This document shows positions 47,387 through 59,963 of a stretch of 64,000 nucleotides of DNA, one piece after another. The stretch is from Balamuthia mandrillaris. Lineage: Eukaryota. The stretch covers positions 124,001 through 188,000 of the forward strand of contig JAVKOQ020000077.1 of the NCBI GenBank assembly GCA_031835245.2, read 5' to 3'. Under the pieces are notes generated by a model, which was given only the letters and a program-made list of their open reading frames with translations, searched no databases and had not been told where the DNA came from. How positions within the stretch are numbered: the stretch's first letter is position 1; every line of letters begins with the position of its first letter. A program made the position numbers and the translations under genes.

Positions 47387-50300
47387 ATGTTTGCGCTTCC
47401 CGATGGAACAAGCGAGGGCGAACTGTCGCTTCCCGACTCGGAAGACCCCAAAGTGGCGGCCTGGTGCAGGGAGAGAGGGCTGGAGAAGTACCTCCCCCTC
47501 TTTCAGCTGCATGAGATCGACTACACTGCGCTCCTCATGTTGAACGAGGAGGACTTGAAGGAGCTCAACTTGCCGTTGGGACCCAGAAAGAAGATCTACG
47601 CTCACATTTGTCGGACGAAACAACAAGAAAGAGGTGTGGAACCTCCTTCTTCGTCTTCTTCCACTTCCTCGTCTCCTCCTCCCTCTCGTTCCTCTGCTTC
47701 TTCTTCTGCTTCTTCTTCTTCTTCTTCTTCTTCTTCTCCTCCTCCTCCTTCTTCTCCTTCTTCTTCGGCCACGACAACACCGAGTCATAAGAAAGAGACA
47801 GAGAAAGCCAAGTTACTATCGAGTGCTGCGTTTTGGCGGAAGTTAAGCGATGGAGCGCAACTGCAGCTCTTTCGGGATCAACTGAGCAGCAAGAAACAGC
47901 AAGAAGAGCGTCAAGACCAAGATGGAGAACTACGGGAACACAAACAAGAAGAAGAGGGCACTAAAGAAACGAAGATACAAACTTCCGATGAAGATGAAAG
48001 TCGACAGAAGAAAGCAAAACAAGCAGTGAATGAAGACGAACAAAAGAGCGATGAAAATGATGAAGACGACTCTTTCGATGAGGATGATGATGATGGCTGG
48101 ATCTATCCTGATGACGAAGGAGGGACAACGAACATAACGATCAACGAGACGGAGACAGAAAAAGAGAAAGAGACAGAGAAAGAAAAAGCAAAGACAGCTC
48201 AACTCAACGCGCTTGGCGAGAAAGAGAAAAAGGCAAGGAATGAGGAACCCACTCACTATGCCCAGATGATACGACCAACCCTCCAGACGAGTGGTATGCA
48301 TTTCCTCTTACCTTTTCTTGGCGCTCACTTCACGTGAGTTTGCCACGTCTTTATAATTGTTGTTTCTTTTACTCTTGTATTTATTTGTATTTGCAAAATA
48401 GATTACGAGGTAGACTTGGATGAAGTACAAATGGAGGAAAAGATAGGTCAAGGCCAGTTTGGCGTCGTTTGGAAGGTATGTATTCCTCTTGCTATTTGTT
48501 TGAACTTGCGGTTCTCTCTGTGCTTTGCCTTGCTTTTTTTTGTTCATATTTCATTCTGTCTGCAATGAAAGGCGCGATGGAGAGGACAGACAGTGGTTGT
48601 CAAAAAGCTCCTCTCAATGGATGCAAAGCAGTTGGAAGAGTTTCGCAACGAAATGTATATATTTATGCAGCTCAAACCCCATCCCAACGTTGTCAAGGTA
48701 TTTAAGCTTCTTTCGCTCTTTCTTTTACTTTTTTTATTAGCCACTTATCTCTTTTCCTTTCGTCTGTTCACAACAAAAAAAAAAAGTTTTTAGGTCTTTG
48801 CACCCGAATGCCAAACGTTTGTTTGATGACAGAATATCTTCCTTTGGGCGATTTGCTCCATCTGCTTCAAAACCTCAAAGAAAACAACAAAGACACTTGT
48901 TTGCTCAGCCTTGAGGACAAGTTGCGAATGGCGTTGGGAGCAGCATGTGGAGTGCAACATCTTCACCAGGAGAACATCTTGCATCGAGACTTGGCTGCTA
49001 GGAACTTGCTTGTGACCAAAGTGGAGGGAGAGTACGATGTCAAGGTGACCGATTTTGGTCTATCCAAGATTGGAGATTACTATGAGAGCGCGTCCGCCTT
49101 CGGAGCGCTCAAGTGGATGAGCCCGGAAGCTATCAACCCGGAGAGCTCTCGTTTCTCCAAGAAAAGTGATGTTTGGAGCTTTGGCGTTCTTCTTTGGTAT
49201 GTTATCTTCTTGTTTTTGTTGTTGTTTGTGTTTTGCTTTCTTTTTAATCATGTATTCTTTTCTGGTGCCTTAAATAGGGAGCTTTTAACGGATGGGGAAA
49301 AGCCATTTGATGGAATGTCTGCCATCGAGGCAGGAATGGCTATCATGATGGGAAAACGCTTGAAGCTGCCGTCCACTTGTCCTCCTGCACTTGCAGAACT
49401 GGTTCGGCAATGTTGGAGAAGCGATCCACAAGATAGACCCACTTTTGGTCACATTGTGCAACAACTTCAACGAATTTATGTCGAACATCTGAAAGAACAA
49501 AACGACACCAGAGGAGGAAAACAAGTAGGGAGGAATCGAGATGACGAGGAAAAAGACGAAAAGCAAAAACAGAAAGAATGTGAAGGAGAAAGATCACAAC
49601 GCAGTTCGGATGGTGATGAAGTCGACAAAAACGTGCAAGCTGACCGAAAACAGCGTCTTTTCTTCTCCGTTCCTTCCTCATCTTCGTCCAATAACAACAA
49701 CAGTGACAAGTTCGGTTCGCTGCGAACGAAACAATTGGCAGATATGGTCAAGTTTCAAAATGATGAAATTAGCAAGTTTAGAAACCTGTTCCATCTTTGT
49801 GGCTACGACAGCAACCTAACACCACAACCTCATCAATCACTTACTTCTCAGTCTTCCTACGAAGTACCCACTTGGAGGAAAGCCTTATCTCCAAGAGGCG
49901 ATAAAAAAGAAACAACAGAAGCCTCAGCCTCTGAGCCTTGTTCCTCTTCCCCTCCTTCAGCATCTTCTCAACGCAAAGGAATAGTAAGTAGCAAAGCGGA
50001 AGAGGATGCGCCGCTGAAGATAGCGATGGTAAGCAAAGACAATGTCGCGGAAGCGGCCTTCAGCCTGAATTATCACAAGTTGGCAAAGGCGCAGAGCGGA
50101 CGATCGTTGAGAACTTCTGCTCCGTCTGCAGCTGCACAGGCTATTGAGAATTCATGCTCTTCCGCTTTTAGCCCCATGGCCTTTAAAGACAGTCTAGTTC
50201 GTTTGCAGCCGGCACAAATGATTGAACTGATGATCGAGTCTATGGTCTGTTTGACCTTTTGTTTTTCTTTCTTTCTCTTTTTCTCTTTCTCTCCGTCTTT

Positions 50301-52797
50301 GTTTTATGATTAAGGCTTATCCATTGCTTTCATAGAAATTGGATGAAGACAGCTTACAGCTACGAAAGCGATACGAAGCGCTCATTCTTCGACAGGCGAG
50401 CGATCTTGGACAAGATTCCCTGTTTGGTAATCTACTGCACGCTATATCTACGTTGCCACACAAGTTCTCCAAGTCCAAGGCACGGCTGGTGGAAACTCAG
50501 CTCCATTTCATGAAGTTGCTTACCAACTGCATGGCTTGTCGCTGGAACTCCGTGGTATGTGCTCATTTCCTTTCCTGCTTTCTGCTTTCTTCTCTCTTCT
50601 TTCTTCATCTTTCTCTGCTTGCTTTAGCATTTTCGTTATGCTTCTTTCTTCTTTCTTGTCTCTTCTCTCGTCATCTTCTCTCTTTTTTTTGATGAGGCAA
50701 AAATGTAGAAACATGAGATGAAGGTTCAACTTGGCTACTACAATGCAAATGATAACGATCGCTTGCCCATATTGGAAAAACTAGAAGAGATTTCTCCCCC
50801 TCCTCTCGACAACGACCTCGTCAAACAAATGCTTCAACTAGCATTCAGCTTTCTCTCTCACAACAAGAACAATAAGGAACACCATCATCACTATCACACT
50901 CTCTCCAACAAACATAACGTCAACCTCGTTCTTCCTGTTCCAAAATGGATTGAGCTGCATTTGAACGTAACTTCCGAGAGAGCTCTTTCTGAGACGGCTG
51001 GACATCTTATCTTCCAACTTTCTTCGGTAAACTTTGCCACCGTCTTTCAGGAAGCTGTCGAAGGACCTCTCTTATCTTCTCCTTCTTGTTCTTCTTCTTC
51101 TTCTTCCTCTTCCTCTTCCTCTTCTTCTTCTTTTTCTTCTTCTTCTTCTTCTTCTTCTTCTGCTTCTTCTGCTACTCCTCCGTCACGAGAGCAAAGCATT
51201 GCATTGGCGTTGGAGACAATTCAGTTTTTGAACTTTGATTTACCAAAGTTACAACAACTGTTGCAGTTGCTTTTGCCTCACGTGGAAGCTAGTGAGAATG
51301 AGGCGGAGAGCTCTTCTTCGTCCTTGTCATTGTTGTTGCGCAGTTCGATTCACATGAAAGTCATGTTGGCGAATGCCTTGACGAAAGCCATTTGGAACTG
51401 GATCTATCACCACCCTTTGCAGTTTTCCGACTTTCAACAGAAATCGGTTGGCATTCAAGGTCTGCTTTCTTTCACTTTCTCTCATTTTCTTTCAGTTATG
51501 TGTATTCTCGTTTTTCGGTATGTTTACCATAAGCTCTTTAACAGAGGCGAGTTTATTATTTGATCTTCTGAGTAATTGGAAGAAAGAAAAACGAGGAACG
51601 TTGCGTAAGAGCAATAAAAAAGCAAAGACAGAGATGAGGATCCTATGGCCGAGCAAAATGATGTTGCTGCTTCTCTGTCCGGATATATTGACTCCTCTCA
51701 TGAGCGCCAAACACGAGAGACTGCGATTGAATTTACGCTGCACTGAAACCTTTAAACCCGAAATCATTCTGTTGGAAGGAGCAAAAATCGCTAAAGTATG
51801 CCTTTGTTTTCTTTTTTCTCCCTGCTTTCTTTATCTCTCTCTCTCTCTCTCTCTCTCTCGCTCTCGCTCTCTCCCACTCTTTACTTCTATCATGCAATTT
51901 GGTGCTCATTTGTTATAAACAACCAAAAAAACAAAGGAACAATTCTTGGAACAGTTGGAAGAAGCACTAGATTCAGACAAGATCTGCAAGGAAGCATTGC
52001 TCTGCCTCTCCTACCTCTGCAAAGCTGCCACATTCGTTTCTCCAAAGCACTCCTCCTCGCTTCGCGCTATCACTCCCAAATACGAGTCCATCTTGGAGGA
52101 AGCTCTCTTTGATCCCTCTCGTCCTCCCACTTTAACCTCTTCCTCTGCATCCCCCTCCACTATCAATCTCCTCAACCTACGAAATCCTTCTCCTTCGCTA
52201 GCTTCTCCCTCTTCGCCTATAACACAGAAAAAAGGAGGGGGGCATGACTACAGCGTTCAACTCATGTCGGACGTTTTGGTAACGCTCTTTCGGTTGAACC
52301 CATTACACACTGTAAGATACCTTTTCAATCCTTTCTTGACATCCGCTTATCCTTCCATCTTCAAGTTGGTGTTAGCCAATGCGCTAAGAAAGATTGTGGA
52401 AGAAAGCGAAAGTTCTGCTCATGACTCCACAAATGCAAACAAGAAACAACAACAAACGACTTCGGAGAAGAAGAAAGAACAAAGAAAGAAAGAAACGGAT
52501 GGATCATCATCGTTGGCCGAAGATGGAGGAGGAACATTACGATGGCATCCTTGGCGAAAGAAAGCAGGAAGAAATCGTGCAAACTCAAATCCGACTCCAA
52601 ATGCCAGCAGCAACAAACAGAAAGAAACTGAAGAGAAGAAAGCGAAACACGAAAGTAACAGAAACCAAGCGGAAAGAGTGCCTTGGCATCCCACCTTTGC
52701 TGTGCTGCTTCGGTTTGTGGATGAGAGCAAGAACAACGTGCAAGAAGATAAGTTGGATACTCTGCATTCCTTCTTAGAAAGTTTCCAGCGGTTATAA
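47387..52797 (+). CDS. SAM - tyrosine-kinase-like kinase - neurofibromin N-terminal-like fusion protein (multi-exon)
   Basis: SAM: VAAWCRERGLEKYLPLFQLHEID...LKELNLPLGPRKKI. Kinase: IGQGQFGVVW, VVVKK, HPNVV, HRDLAARN, DFG, KWMSPE, SDVWSFG. C-terminal region: IFQLSSVNF, KAIWNWIYHHPLQF, LWPSKMMLLLLCPDIL, YLCKAATFV. Confidence 0.85.
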
Positions 52798-52870
52798 ACT
52801 TCAGAAAAACAAGTTTCAGTTATGCACATCTATTTCTTTTATAAAACGTATGTTCAAGTGATCGGGTCGT

Positions 52871-53626
52871 TCAAGGCAGGTCAGCGAGGGACTTCTTGGC
52901 AGGAAGATCTCCTTTCTTGGGAGCTTCCTTGGCCTTGCCCATCTCCTCGAACATGAGGATCTTCTTGAGAATGGAATTGCCGCCTGGACCCAACATCATC
53001 TCCAAGAATTCATAGTAACTATTTCGCATAGCAGAGGTGAGAGGAAACAGCGGATGAGAAAAGGAGAACGAGAGCAGCGAAGCAGAGGAGAGAAGAAGAG
53101 GCAAGAGAGACGAAGAGAAAAAGTGTGAAAGATGGAACGTACGAAATAGCGCCAGTGCCAGACTTGTTGACCTGAGCGATCATTTTCTTGATCTCCATGT
53201 GCGTCTTGGGTTGTCCCAATTTCTCCAACATGAACTTCACCTCTTCGATGCCCAACTCGCCGTTCTTGTTTCTGTCGTAAACGATGAACTTTTCTGTTTT
53301 GTTTTTTTATTGTTTGTTTGTTTTGTTCATTGGAAACTAGAAAAAGAAAACACAAACAAACATACCTTTGTACTTTTCGATTTGAGCGGGATCAGCGTCA
53401 GGATTGGCGCGTCTGTACTCTTGTCCAATGCGGTCCAGATCAGCTTCCTACGCAAGCGCAGCAGCGGCAGCAAACAAAACGTAAGGAACCAAACAAAAAG
53501 TAACCAAAGACAGAGAGGAGAGCATTAACGCACCATGACCTTGAGCTTGCTGCCAAAGGCCTTGCCGCCTTGGGGATTCTTCACGATGACATTGATGTCC
53601 TCCTGCGGTCTCTCGCGTTGTTGCAT
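52871..53626 (-). CDS. Allograft inflammatory factor 1 (AIF1/Iba1)-like EF-hand protein (4 exons)
   Basis: QGGKAFG, YDRNKNGELGIEEVKFMLEKLGQPKTHMEIKKMI, FLEMMLG..NSILKKILMFEE and PAKKSLADLP closely parallel animal AIF1. Confidence 0.9.
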
Positions 53627-53931
53627 CTTTGTTTATTCGTCCTTCTTGTTAGCGTGGCAGCAAAGGTGAAAGAGAGACAGATGCGTGTAACGGCGAAAAA
53701 ATTAAAGCTTGAGGGGTGGAAATGATACTTTTGCTTTAATTTTGTAATGTGATCTGATCTCGATTTTTAAACTCCGAAGGAATGTGATTGGTAGAAACAT
53801 AAATACCTGAAATGGAAAAGTTTAAAAGTATTTTTTCTGTAAAGACAGGAAAAGGAAGGCAACACAAAAACAGATAAACAACGCCCGTTGCGCAAGTTGT
53901 GGAAGCAGGCCGGAACAAACGAAGCAAGAGG

Positions 53932-54261
53932 ATGAGACTGACGGTGGCGGCTTTGGTTGTGGTAGTGGTAACCGTGTTGTTGGGCTCGGTTAGAACAAAC
54001 GCGCAGAGCGAGGAATGCGTGACGGAATTGGACAAACGAATACTGCACTACGACTTGGTAGAGACTCAAATCAAAATCCAACAAAAGATAAGTGACTTGG
54101 AGCAAGTTTACGTGGCTGTGGATGAGGGCGCCTTGCACCTTGACGATGCAACCTGTGGTGCTACCTTGGCGAAGACGTTAGACACAGAGACCCTGCGGGC
54201 GTGTGTGGACGACCTCGTGGAAGGCACTCTGGACCCCTTGCTCGCCGCTCTCAGCTCTTAA
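53932..54261 (+). CDS. Small secreted helical protein, unknown function
   Basis: Signal peptide MRLTVAALVVVVVTVLLGSVRTNA, then an acidic coiled-coil-like mature part with 3 Cys. Confidence 0.6.
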   Translation: MRLTVAALVVVVVTVLLGSVRTNAQSEECVTELDKRILHYDLVETQIKIQQKISDLEQVYVAVDEGALHLDDATCGATLAKTLDTETLRACVDDLVEGTLDPLLAALSS

Positions 54262-54914
54262 TCTTAGCCTCTTCTTGTTTTCTTTTGTTATTGGTTCCTC
54301 TGTTCTTTTTAATGTTTTGCTTGTTTGTTGCCGGCGTCAATCTGCCGTAATAGCTAGCAACCCGCTTTCCGTGGGTTTGACACAATTGCTTTCAAATTCT
54401 CTCTTTATTTGCTGTACCGCCTGCACGGTTTCATTCGCGACATCACCGTGATATGTTTATTTGTTTCCCCAATTTTTTTTGCTTTCAAGAAAGTATACGC
54501 AAGCATGTTGCCGTTCGACAACTTTGACAAGAAAAATTCGTTCCGCCGTTCTCTCGCTGTGAAGAGCTGAGGGGTCAAATCCAACGAAAGTCCAAAAATG
54601 CAACTGTAGGATTTTCGCCTGATTGGCGGATAAATTTGAATTGCCCGAAGCACGTGGCATTCTTCTTTTCTATGATTTTAAGGTGGGTGCAGATTAAGGA
54701 GGTGCCGCTATTGGCCCGCCAATTCAAAACATCTGCTCTCTATCTCGTGCGCGCCGGGCTCTGTCCGAGTGCCTTAACGGTTTTATTAAGTGCTGTCTGT
54801 GTTTTTTAATTTTTTCACTCTTCATACTCTCTCTGCCAACATAAAGAGCGCTGAAAACGTTATAACAACAAACAACAAACACAACAAGACAAAGCAAACC
54901 TTTCGCTCATAGCC

Positions 54915-55706
54915 ATGCACCGTCATCAGAGGCACCGCTACAGGCGACCCACTGCTCTTCAAAGCCTCAACGTGCTTGTGGACACGGAGCGAAAGAAGAA
55001 GGAAAGGCTGGAATGGTACCTACAAGAAGTGCTCAAGGAACGTTCTTCCTTGCTCTGCGAATGCGGCGCGTTTTTCGGCGCTTACCAACCGCCTCAACCT
55101 CCGCGGGTTTCTTCGTCTTTTTTTTGCACACCACGAACGAGCTCCACCTATCGCACCGCTCCTACCCTTACTCCCACCACAGCTTCTATTCCATTGACAG
55201 CTGCCACCGCTGAACCTGTCAAAGAAACAAGTTATTTATGGCCTTCCTCAACCTCCACCTCCCTCCTAGCCCAAGTCCTTCCAACGACTGATGTTTCCTA
55301 CGACTCACTTTGTGGCTCTCCTGACTACCACAAAAACGCAAACGAAAACCGAAACACTTTTTCCGTTTCACCACCACCACCAAAGCGAACGCAAGGTGAG
55401 CCAGACTGGAGTTTTCTGTGTTGGGAGGACGAAAATGAAGATGACGAAACAAACTACGACTTGATGGAGCCACTGCCAAAAGCAAAGTTCTTAGGGCGAA
55501 AACGGAGCCTCGAAGGAAACGAGTCCGGTGCAGACGAGGAAGAAGAGGAAAACGAGCAAGAACGGAACCACTTTAGAAGAGGATGTGAGAGCCCGCCGAC
55601 GGAGCGGCGGAGCAAACGCGAACGGCTGAACGTCAGCGACGACACGCGAAAAACCATGGTGAGGCCTCTGGAAGAGGATCAGATGGCCTCTCGCTTCCCC
55701 TTATGA
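54915..55706 (+). CDS. Hypothetical disordered protein (263 aa, intronless)
   Basis: ATG after an AAAC-rich leader; Ser/Thr/Pro-rich middle and acidic/basic tail; followed by a T-rich 3' region. Confidence 0.6.
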   Translation: MHRHQRHRYRRPTALQSLNVLVDTERKKKERLEWYLQEVLKERSSLLCECGAFFGAYQPPQPPRVSSSFFCTPRTSSTYRTAPTLTPTTASIPLTAATAEPVKETSYLWPSSTSTSLLAQVLPTTDVSYDSLCGSPDYHKNANENRNTFSVSPPPPKRTQGEPDWSFLCWEDENEDDETNYDLMEPLPKAKFLGRKRSLEGNESGADEEEEENEQERNHFRRGCESPPTERRSKRERLNVSDDTRKTMVRPLEEDQMASRFPL

Positions 55707-56011
55707 CAATTAGTTGTGCTTGTCGTTCTTCTCACTAAAAATTTTGGTTTTGTTTTTATTCTTTTTATTCCATTTTTTTCAATTTTTTTTTAAAAGGTAA
55801 TGATTTCCATGTCGTCACGGATGATGGCAGCATAATTATAATATAATTAATTAATCCTTAATTTACTCAATAACCTGAACCAAATGATTGCCACGAGCCA
55901 AACAAGATAAAACCCGCTTTAATTATCGATGGTTTTGGTAATCTCAAAGTCAAATAGGTTTTTTGTTCCGACCGCCGGTCTAACGGAGGGGGTTGAAGAA
56001 AGAGTCTGGGC

Positions 56012-57408
56012 ATGGCTGGGTTTCTGCGTCTTGCTTGTCCATGCGACCGTTTCTTGTTTTTGGTGTTGGGTGGTAACGCTCTTTCTTCTTTGCTCAAGTT
56101 CTCTGGGTTCTTTTTCGGTGCTCACACCACTTTCTGGTTGCCAACAACATTGACAGTATTGACAATAGTGAACGTTTTTGCTGGTGGAAGTAACTTAGAG
56201 TTGACTTTGCTGCACACAGCCAACGTTCAGTCCAGAGTGCTAGCCATTGATGATCACTCTGGCAACTGTGAGCCATCTGAAAGCGAAAAATGTCTCGGCG
56301 GTGTGGCCAGGCGAGCAACCTTTATAGACCAAGTTCGAGCCGAGCGGACAAACGTTTTACTGTTAGACGCTGGAGGTCTTTTGCAAGGTATGCTCTCTTG
56401 CTTTTCCTTGTTTTTTTCTCTTGTCATGGCATCAATCTTTGTGTTGAAGTTCCTGCTTTGTTCATGCCATTGTTCGCCTGCTCCTGTCGTCACTTTTGTT
56501 TTCGTTCTGCTTTCTTCCTTCTGAACAGTCTTTCCTTATTGTGTTCAATCCGTTGTTTGCTTTTATTTGCAGGATCGCTGTTTTATCTGGAATACAAACA
56601 CGAAGCTTTAAAACAGTACTATAACTGGATGGGTCAGTTATCATGGTCACCATATATGATATGGCTTTATATTCTTGTTTGTTTATATTTTGTTTGTTTC
56701 CGTTACAGGTTACGACGTGTTTAACCTGGGAACAAGAGAGTTTTTTGACCCACCAAACGTAGTTGGAGACTTTCTGGAAGGTTCCTCTTTTCAAGCTATC
56801 AGCTGCAATCTCAATGTCGAGGACGAACCGGCATTGAAAGGAAAGGTAATTCCTTTCCATTTGCTAAACTATACTGACGAAGGAGGAGGCCAAGTTATGG
56901 TCGGAGTTACGGGATTCGTGTCTGAGTTGTTGCCCTCCAAAGTGGCTAACATTGGAGGTATCAAAGTGGCGGATCCTATCAACTCGCTTCGAAGTGCTGT
57001 GGCTCAGATGCAGGACTTGGGAGGTACTCCATTTGTGCCTTTTTTGTGCTTCTCCGTTCTCGTTGCATCCTCACCTCTCCTCTATCTATCCATATCATAC
57101 CTGTATATATAGTGAGATGCATTATAGCAGTGGTGGGTGACGCTACACTGGTAAAGGAGGTGGTGGACACAGTTCACGGTATTGACGTGTTAGGTAAGCT
57201 CTTAATCCTATTGCTTCTTGAAATGGGCTAATACAAAGCCATCACATGAAGTGAGTGATGCACAGGTACTGTATTCTAACAATGACGACGATTTGGAAAC
57301 TTCTTATCCCGAGAGTCGCAAAGGACCATCTGGTACTGATGTTCCCATAGTAGCTTCTGGTATTCTAGGAACTCACATCGGAATGGTTCTTCATCCCTCC
57401 TCTGCTCT

Positions 57409-57445
<37 letters not shown>

Positions 57446-59924
57446 ATCAACTGAATGGTTTCACTGTGAGGTCAGTTGAACATCACGTTCTCCGAGCTGG
57501 GAGTCGTTTTGTCAGCAACAGGAGACAGCGTTGCATTAAACGTTACCACGGAGCCGCGAAGCGATTTCGTTAATGACATAGAAGCCAGATTGGTTGAGAT
57601 AGAGCAAAGTTTCGACAGAGTGGTAGGACGAGCTACAGCAGAAATCGGTTACTCTCTTGAAGAATGCAGGACTTTGCAATGCGCTATGGGAACCTTTGGT
57701 GCTGATGCTTTGAGAGCGGCTGGTGGTACCCAGTTTGGTTTCATCAATGGAGGTTCTATTCGGTACTTATGATTCCATTTCTAATTTTCCTCTTGTTATT
57801 TTTGTTCTTCTTCTTCAAATTCTCCTTCATCATCATCATCATTCGTCTTCTTCTTCCTTCTTCTTTCTCTGCCTATCTCTCTCTCTCTCTCTCTCGCTAT
57901 GTTTCTGTCTCGCTCGTCTAATGCAGTTACTCGTACTACTGCCATTGTAGAGCGCCGTTTCCAGCTGGTAACATCACTTTGGGGGATGTACTCAACGCGT
58001 TTCCATTTTCTTCGACGGATACGCTTTCGACCTTCCAACTGACAGGACTACAAATGGTTGAAATGTTGGAGAATGGCGTTTCACGAGCGGAAGACCTCAC
58101 CAACGAAGGCACTGGTCGGTTACTTCAGGTCAGCGGTTTCACCTATTCCTACAATCCAAACGAACCAGCTGGACGAAGGATAGTCTCCGTATCTATTCCT
58201 GGAGATTCGACTGCACAAAAGAGACAAGATGGTTCTGCGGGTAACCTCTTCTCTTCCTGTTGTCTCAACTTCCCTTCCCGTTCTATATCGCTGCGTCGTT
58301 TCGTTCTTGTCACTTTGTTCTTTCCTTTTTGCTTTATTTCTTTCTCTCTCTAAACCCTTTTGTTTGAAAAACACAAAAGCAACTTCCTATGTAAGCGTTG
58401 ACCTCGATGCTGTGTACAGTTTCGCCACTGTATCTTTCATTCGCACGGGCGGTGACAACTTCACCGTTTTGGAAGACAACGCGCGAAACGTGGATGACTT
58501 TGGCCCTAGTATCGATCGAGTGATGTTGGACTATGTGGCCGCAAACTTTCCTTTGGTTCCCAACGAGGAAGAGAGAATATCTCTGTCCGATGGAACGCGA
58601 ACTCTGTTTCCAGGTGCAGCAACGGTAGATGAAGACGAAGAGAGCACAGACGAGGCGTTGGTCATCGGCCTTTCGGTCTTGGCTGGAGTGACCGGCGTTC
58701 TTATTCTGGTGGTGGTCGCTCTGGCCATCGCTTTCGTGTTTTATCGTGGGAAGAGACAGAGAACAGGAAAGACGAGGCTCAACTTGAAGGAACCAGAATA
58801 CGAGCAACTTATCTACGCACAGTCGTCGTTCAAAGAGGAGGACTTGCGAGGCAACGCTTCTGGTGACGTTCAAGGTGTTGAGCTTGGGTCCATTCGAGCA
58901 GTGGCTTTGCAAAAGGTTTGTTTCGTTTGTTGCTTTTGTTTTGTGTTTTTTGCGTTATTGACTTTGTTGCTTGGTGATTGTAGTTTGTGATGGAGAAGGC
59001 GGGCCTTGAGGCACTGCTGAGCGTTGTAAACCAAAACGAGGTTTCCCTCCTGGCGGAGGCCCTTTGCTACATCTACACCACACACGCAAGAGGAGCTTTT
59101 CTTACGTTTTACCTCCTTAATCGAGCAATACAAGACTCTCAAGGTTCATTCTTCATTCTTTCTCATGTGGTGTTCTTGATTTCTTCTGTTTTTGTTTTTG
59201 TTCTTGTTGTTCTTCTCACATGTTCTTGTTCTTGTTCTTCTTGTTCTTGTTCTTCTTCTTCTTCCCTTCTTGTTCTTCTTCTTCTTCTTCTTCTTCTTCG
59301 TTTCAGTGCTGCTTACGTCTCTTGCTTCTGTACGCAGAAGAAGGAGTTATATTAAGAGAGGACAGCATGGGCACAGCCTCCTTCAAAATCTTTGCAAGGC
59401 TATGCGGCCTGCCCTACCTGTGGAAGACCTTTGCTCACATCTTGGCCGAGTTGGCCAGCCGTGACGAGGAGGAGGAGGAAGAAGATGGCGAAAACCTTCT
59501 CTCTTTGCACACCAAGGAGATGGAGGTCAATCCACAGCTGCTGGAGGAAGGATTGGACTTCAAAGGCGTAGAGTTAACACACAAGCTGCAGCTTCAGCTT
59601 GTTGTTCAGAAGATGTTTCTTCGCATCATGCGAACCAGTTCTGACTTTCCAGCGTAAGCTTCTTCTTTTTGAGGTTTCTTCGACCAAGCGTTCACATGTG
59701 CTAACCCTTTGTTTTGTTACTAGGCCGCTAAGAGATATTTGTAGGGAGTTAAGGCGTGTTGTGGAACATGAATATGCAGACGGTTGGCGGCAAGTGGTTG
59801 GAAGTCTCATCTTTCTTCGTTTCCTCACTCCAGCGTTGATCCTTCCTCATCATTACGGCCTGCTTAATGGTTTGGCTATCTTCTGCCATCCACAGTTACA
59901 CTTCTTTCTAACATTCCCTTTTCT

Positions 59925-59963
<39 letters not shown>

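Noticed and set aside
55929..56153. Upstream ATG as start of the nucleotidase-RasGAP gene
   Set aside because: The ATG at 56012 with a phase-1 GTAACG donor gives a clean in-frame signal peptide; I found no comparable in-frame splice for the 55929 frame.
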